Shown here: piece after piece, positions 7,829 through 12,492 of the stretch
Position numbering within the stretch: position 1 is the first letter of the stretch
How the letters are laid out: each line of letters begins with the position of its first letter
DNA from: Cyanobacteria bacterium P01_A01_bin.123
GTDB lineage: Bacteria; Cyanobacteriota; Cyanobacteriia; Phormidesmidales; Phormidesmidaceae
DNA length: 12,492 nucleotides
Assembly: GCA_039815185.1 (NCBI GenBank)
Contig: JBCBZT010000100.1
Location: forward strand, 1-12,492
Direction of reading: 5' to 3'
Notes under the pieces: generated by a model
Told to the model about the DNA's origin: nothing
Seen by the model: only the letters and a program-made list of their open reading frames with translations
Database searches by the model: none
Position numbers and translations under genes: made by a program

Positions 7829-7856
7829 TCCCCGGCAATTGTCGGGGATTTTTTTT
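7829..7856 (+). terminator. Intrinsic (rho-independent) terminator
   Basis: TCCCCGGC-AATT-GTCGGGGA forms an 8-bp GC-rich stem with one G-U pair, followed by 8 T. Confidence 0.8.
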
Positions 7857-8084
7857 CGCTTTGGTTTATAAGTAGATCACACACCGGATCCAGTTCGGGA
7901 TGTGGAATTTTCCCGGGCGCAAAACTCCAGGTCTGGCCCTAGACAAGGTTAAAGATCTCTGGTGTAAAAGTCTTTTGATAAAAGTGTCGCGATTTTGACG
8001 GACTGCAATATAACTAAGGCAGTTTTTCGCTTGGAGGGTTTTATACCGCCTCCAAGTGTCAATTGTCAGTTTTTCTATTGAGGT

Positions 8085-9278
8085 GTGGCAACTGTGGTTC
8101 CTTCGCTCAAGCAAGTTAGTTTATTGGTGGGATCTGGATTGATTTGGTGGGTAGCGGGCTTACCCAGGGCAGGATACGGGGCGCAATCTCCGGATATTGC
8201 AGCAATAGGATCAGGCGTGACGGTCATTGACGCAGCCATACCAAAGGGGTTAAATCAGTCTGGAATGGCCGTCGCGCGGCAATCGCCCCTATTCGCACAA
8301 TCTATTGACAGCGTTATTGGTGACTATGAACCCACAGCGCCGCCAGAGAACCCCGAGTTCCTACCCCCTGATCGGTTTATTGAGGAAACCAACCAAATTG
8401 ACTACCGGGTTGGGGCACTGCAGCAAGACTACACCGGGAGTCTCTGGGTGGGGTCTTGGCAAGGTCTAGCGCGGATTGATCCAGAAACCGGAGAAATTTT
8501 AGCCCGAGTCAATCTGCCCGATACTGTGATTTCTGCCATGGCCCAAGATCGAGTTGGGCGAGTTTGGGTCGGCACCTATGGCGGACTGGTGCGTGTTGAC
8601 CCCCGCACTAATGAAATTACGACTCAAAATTTCACGTTGCCGTCAAACCGGGTGTTGGCGCTGCAGATTGATAGTCGTGGATTTTTGTGGGTCGGCACCG
8701 ATCAAGGTTTAGCCATGGTCAGCCCGGATCGCGGTTTTTTGATGACGACGATTCGCAATCTACCTGGTGTCAGCGCCAATACCATGACCCTCGATCGCCA
8801 GGGACGCCTTTGGGTCGGTACCTTGGACGGCGTTGTCCGCATTGACACGGGTAGCGCCGCCGTCCGCCGCCGTGACACCAGCGTCCCTGGGCAAGTGGTG
8901 CAAAGTCTTACGCTTGGCCCCCAAGGGCGGTTATGGGCTGGTACGCCTGCCGGATTGTTTGTGTTAGACAGCACCTCAGGGCAGGTGGTGCGAGCCGTCT
9001 CTCAAATGCGCGATCGCAACATTAGATCCCTCGATTTTGACAGCACCGGTAGTTTGTGGGTGGGCACCAGCAATGGGCTGTTTAAACTCAATCCCTACAA
9101 CGGAGCGATCATTGGCCAAGTTCCTAACCTGCCGTCGGGTGAAGTCTTTGCCCTTTCCCCAGATACGGGGAATAAGCTTTGGGTAGGCACCCGTGAAGGT
9201 TTAGCCTGGGTCAGTCTGACCACTGGTCAAGCCAGGCCACACAATGGGTTTGTGCGGCAACAGGCTCAGTTCTACTAA
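8085..9278 (+). CDS. Exported 7-bladed beta-propeller protein (two-component regulator propeller-type repeats), stand-alone
   Basis: N-terminal hydrophobic signal-like segment and seven 'D..G.LWVGT..GL..' repeats (Trp codons at 8445, 8565, 8688, 8811, 8934, 9057, 9180). Start is GTG 8085 or GTG 8094; the latter is better spaced from GAGGT at 8080. Confidence 0.85.
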   Translation: MATVVPSLKQVSLLVGSGLIWWVAGLPRAGYGAQSPDIAAIGSGVTVIDAAIPKGLNQSGMAVARQSPLFAQSIDSVIGDYEPTAPPENPEFLPPDRFIEETNQIDYRVGALQQDYTGSLWVGSWQGLARIDPETGEILARVNLPDTVISAMAQDRVGRVWVGTYGGLVRVDPRTNEITTQNFTLPSNRVLALQIDSRGFLWVGTDQGLAMVSPDRGFLMTTIRNLPGVSANTMTLDRQGRLWVGTLDGVVRIDTGSAAVRRRDTSVPGQVVQSLTLGPQGRLWAGTPAGLFVLDSTSGQVVRAVSQMRDRNIRSLDFDSTGSLWVGTSNGLFKLNPYNGAIIGQVPNLPSGEVFALSPDTGNKLWVGTREGLAWVSLTTGQARPHNGFVRQQAQFY

Positions 9279-9312
9279 TCTTGTAGGACTAAAGTGGACG
9301 CCCCCTTTAATT

Positions 9313-9321
9313 TGCTATTCT
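9313..9321 (+). promoter_or_regulatory. Possible extended -10 promoter element for panB
   Basis: TG-C-TATTCT lies 34 nt upstream of the panB ATG; motif match only. Confidence 0.3.
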
Positions 9322-9354
9322 GACAACCGTAACCCTTTTGCTGTGCACACTTTC

Positions 9355-10131
9355 ATGGCTGTTACGGTTAATCAGTTTGTTAAATGGAAGCAATCAGGGC
9401 GTCCCATTGCGGTGATGACAGCCTGGGATTACACCTCAGCGCAGATTGTCGATCAAGCTGGGGCGGATCTGGTCTTAGTGGGGGATTCCCTAGCGATGAC
9501 TTCGTTGGGCTACGATACCACCCTCCCCCTGACCCTGGATGAAATGATGCACCATGCTAAATCGGTGCGGCGGGGCACACAAACGGCGTTGATGGTCGTG
9601 GATTTGCCGTTTCTAAGCTATCAGGTGAGCTTAGAGCAAGCCATGATTTCTGCCGGACGAATGATTAAAGAGGCTGGGGCCCAGGCCGTCAAGCTTGAAG
9701 GGGGGCACGCTTCCATTCTCGACAAGATTCAAGCCCTGATTCAAGTGGGTATTCCGGTGATGGGGCATGTGGGGTTGACGCCCCAATCAGTGCACCAGTT
9801 TGGCGGTTTTCGCAAACAGGGCAAGTCCCCTGAAGCGGCAGAGCGAATCTTGCAAGAAGCGATCGCAGTGGAAAACGCCGGTGCCTTTTGCATTGTGCTA
9901 GAGCATATCCCCGCCGAATTAGGGAAAGCGATTAGCCAAAGTCTGACGATTCCTACCATTGGCATTGGCGCAGGTCCTGATTGTGACGGACAGGTGCTGG
10001 TGACCTCAGATGTTTTGGGGCTATCCGATTGGCAACCGCCCTTTGCCAAATCCTATGGAAACCTGCGTGAACAGGGGATCGAAGCCGCTCGTCAGTTTTG
10101 CCAGGATATCCGCGATCGCGCGTTTCCCTAA
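9355..10131 (+). CDS. panB: 3-methyl-2-oxobutanoate hydroxymethyltransferase
   Basis: 'MTAWDY', 'LVGDSLAM', 'VDLPFLSY', 'AVKLEGG', '[10 protein letters not shown]' and '[18 protein letters not shown]'. ATG 9355 is preferred over 9244. Confidence 0.96.
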   Translation: MAVTVNQFVKWKQSGRPIAVMTAWDYTSAQIVDQAGADLVLVGDSLAMTSLGYDTTLPLTLDEMMHHAKSVRRGTQTALMVVDLPFLSYQVSLEQAMISAGRMIKEAGAQAVKLEGGHASILDKIQALIQVGIPVMGHVGLTPQSVHQFGGFRKQGKSPEAAERILQEAIAVENAGAFCIVLEHIPAELGKAISQSLTIPTIGIGAGPDCDGQVLVTSDVLGLSDWQPPFAKSYGNLREQGIEAARQFCQDIRDRAFP

Positions 10132-10187
10132 GACTCATATAGACTAGAAAAACTGCCTGTTCACACTTCATACGCCTTCATCTCTAA

Positions 10188-11471
<1,284 letters not shown>

Positions 11472-11527
11472 TTGCTAGGACTGATTTGTTCAGTACTCGA
11501 GGGTATCTGATTGAATGATCTGGTTTA

Positions 11528-11554
11528 GTGCGTCAATGCTCTGCATTGACGCAC
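11528..11554. repeat. Perfect 12-bp inverted repeat downstream of ahcY (REP-like or 3' stem-loop)
   Basis: GTGCGTCAATGC-TCT-GCATTGACGCAC, followed by AGATTTT. Confidence 0.75.
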
Positions 11555-11653
11555 AGATTTTATGAACACTTTGATTTGCAATGTTGATTAGCATTGAACT
11601 AATGGAGTCAATAGTAAGATGGATTAGTTGACACACGGGATATTGGTGCTGCT

Positions 11654-12256
11654 GTGATCATCACAAAATTATCCTTAGCAGATTATTTAGCCTTAAATGC
11701 TGGTCCCTACGAAGGATTTGAAGGGGGCTGTGAATTTGTGAATGGGGAAATCATAGAAATGCCGCCAGAGAGCACTCAAAATGCACTAATTTCTTTGTTT
11801 CTATTGCAACAGTTTTTACAGGTTGTGCCGTTCCATTGGCTGCGAAGGATGGAAACTGAGATTGTTGTTGCTGGGCGAGTGCGGCTGCCCGATTTTCTGG
11901 TGTTGGGTGAAGAGCTGGCAGTTGCCTTAGAAGGTAGCAGCCGTAGCACGATTACTGAAGCGATGCCTGCGCCATTGCTGGTGGTAGAAGTCGTATCGCC
12001 AGGGAAGGTGAATGAAGATCGAGATTATCGCTATAAGCGTTCTGAATATGCAGCACGGGGTATTGAAACCTATTGGATTGTGGATCCGGCAAAGCAAATG
12101 GTAACGGTGTTGACGCTAGTGGATGGGTTATATGAAGCGCAAGAATTTGTAGACAATGATGTGTTGTCTTGGCAAGAGTCTCCTGGCGAGGGTTCTGAGC
12201 AATCTAGGATTTTTAGCGTGTCGGTGTCAAATTTGTTGTGTCCAAGAGGGCATTGA
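11654..12256 (+). CDS. Uma2 family (PD-(D/E)XK) putative endonuclease
   Basis: 'EFVNGEIIEMPPES', 'RLPDFLV', 'PLLVVEVVSPG', 'DYRYKRSEYAARGIETYWIVDP'; GTG start. Confidence 0.92.
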   Translation: MIITKLSLADYLALNAGPYEGFEGGCEFVNGEIIEMPPESTQNALISLFLLQQFLQVVPFHWLRRMETEIVVAGRVRLPDFLVLGEELAVALEGSSRSTITEAMPAPLLVVEVVSPGKVNEDRDYRYKRSEYAARGIETYWIVDPAKQMVTVLTLVDGLYEAQEFVDNDVLSWQESPGEGSEQSRIFSVSVSNLLCPRGH

Positions 12257-12353
12257 GAAGCAAGACCAGTTGTATCCTCAAGAAGAAATGTAATCGTCGA
12301 GCAACTTTAAACTGAGCAATTCGATTTTTATTCGTGATTAACCAAGGCTGGAC

Positions 12354-12492
12354 GGGAGCATCCCGACTTTGTAAATAGACCGATAATGGGATGAGTGCCG
12401 TCTCCTCAGGAGTCAACTCTCATGGATGCTCAAAAGCAAGAACGCCTGAAAGCCTGTTTGCAAGAAGTGGCTGAAATTCTTTATGAAGAGAG
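12354..12492 (+). mobile_element. Left end of an ISKra4-like insertion sequence, truncated by the window edge
   Basis: (G)GGAGCATCCCGACTTTGTAA resembles the terminal inverted repeat I associate with cyanobacterial ISKra4-like elements. It is followed by GATAAT, an AGGAG RBS (12408-12412) and a transposase-like ORF. The right end and TSD are not visible. Confidence 0.65.
12422..12492 (+). CDS. Transposase N-terminus (ISKra4-like), partial
   Basis: MDAQKQERLKACLQEVAEILYEE... with an AGGAG RBS 9 nt upstream; resembles the N-terminus of cyanobacterial ISKra4-family transposases. Absent from the ORF track. Confidence 0.7.
   Translation, partial: MDAQKQERLKACLQEVAEILYEE

Noticed and set aside
7866..8114. 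82-aa minus-strand ORF
   Set aside because: It overlaps the propeller start and leader, uses a TTG start, and has no recognisable motif.
8400..9240. Regular ~123-nt periodicity as a CRISPR array or DNA tandem repeat
   Set aside because: The periodicity is at protein level (propeller blades), with divergent codons; there are no identical direct repeats with spacers anywhere in the window.
12213..12416. 67-aa minus-strand ORF
   Set aside because: It spans the putative IS junction and overlaps the Uma2 3' end, so it is likely a chance chimera.

Overview
Cyanobacterial chromosomal segment; the HIP1 octamer GCGATCGC occurs 15 times by manual count. In order, it contains: the 3' part of a radical SAM gene, phylloquinone genes menA and menC, a membrane Ser/Thr kinase with a tandemly duplicated C-terminal module, a secreted PEP-CTERM-tagged alpha/beta hydrolase, a minus-strand GT2/GT7C-like glycosyltransferase, a stand-alone 7-bladed beta-propeller protein, panB, ahcY, a Uma2 endonuclease, and the left end of an ISKra4-like insertion sequence. 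Intergenic DNA carries GTAG-type REP-like palindromes and short C-rich/G-rich tandem repeats. I cannot support a clearly new multi-gene system. The best leads are an orphan + strand terminator implying an unannotated sRNA (~7690-7856), a hairpin-dense leader before the hydrolase, a possible frameshifted menE relic cut off at a REP, the duplicated AT-rich kinase tail, and an apparent Ser-Glu-His surface-anchored hydrolase.
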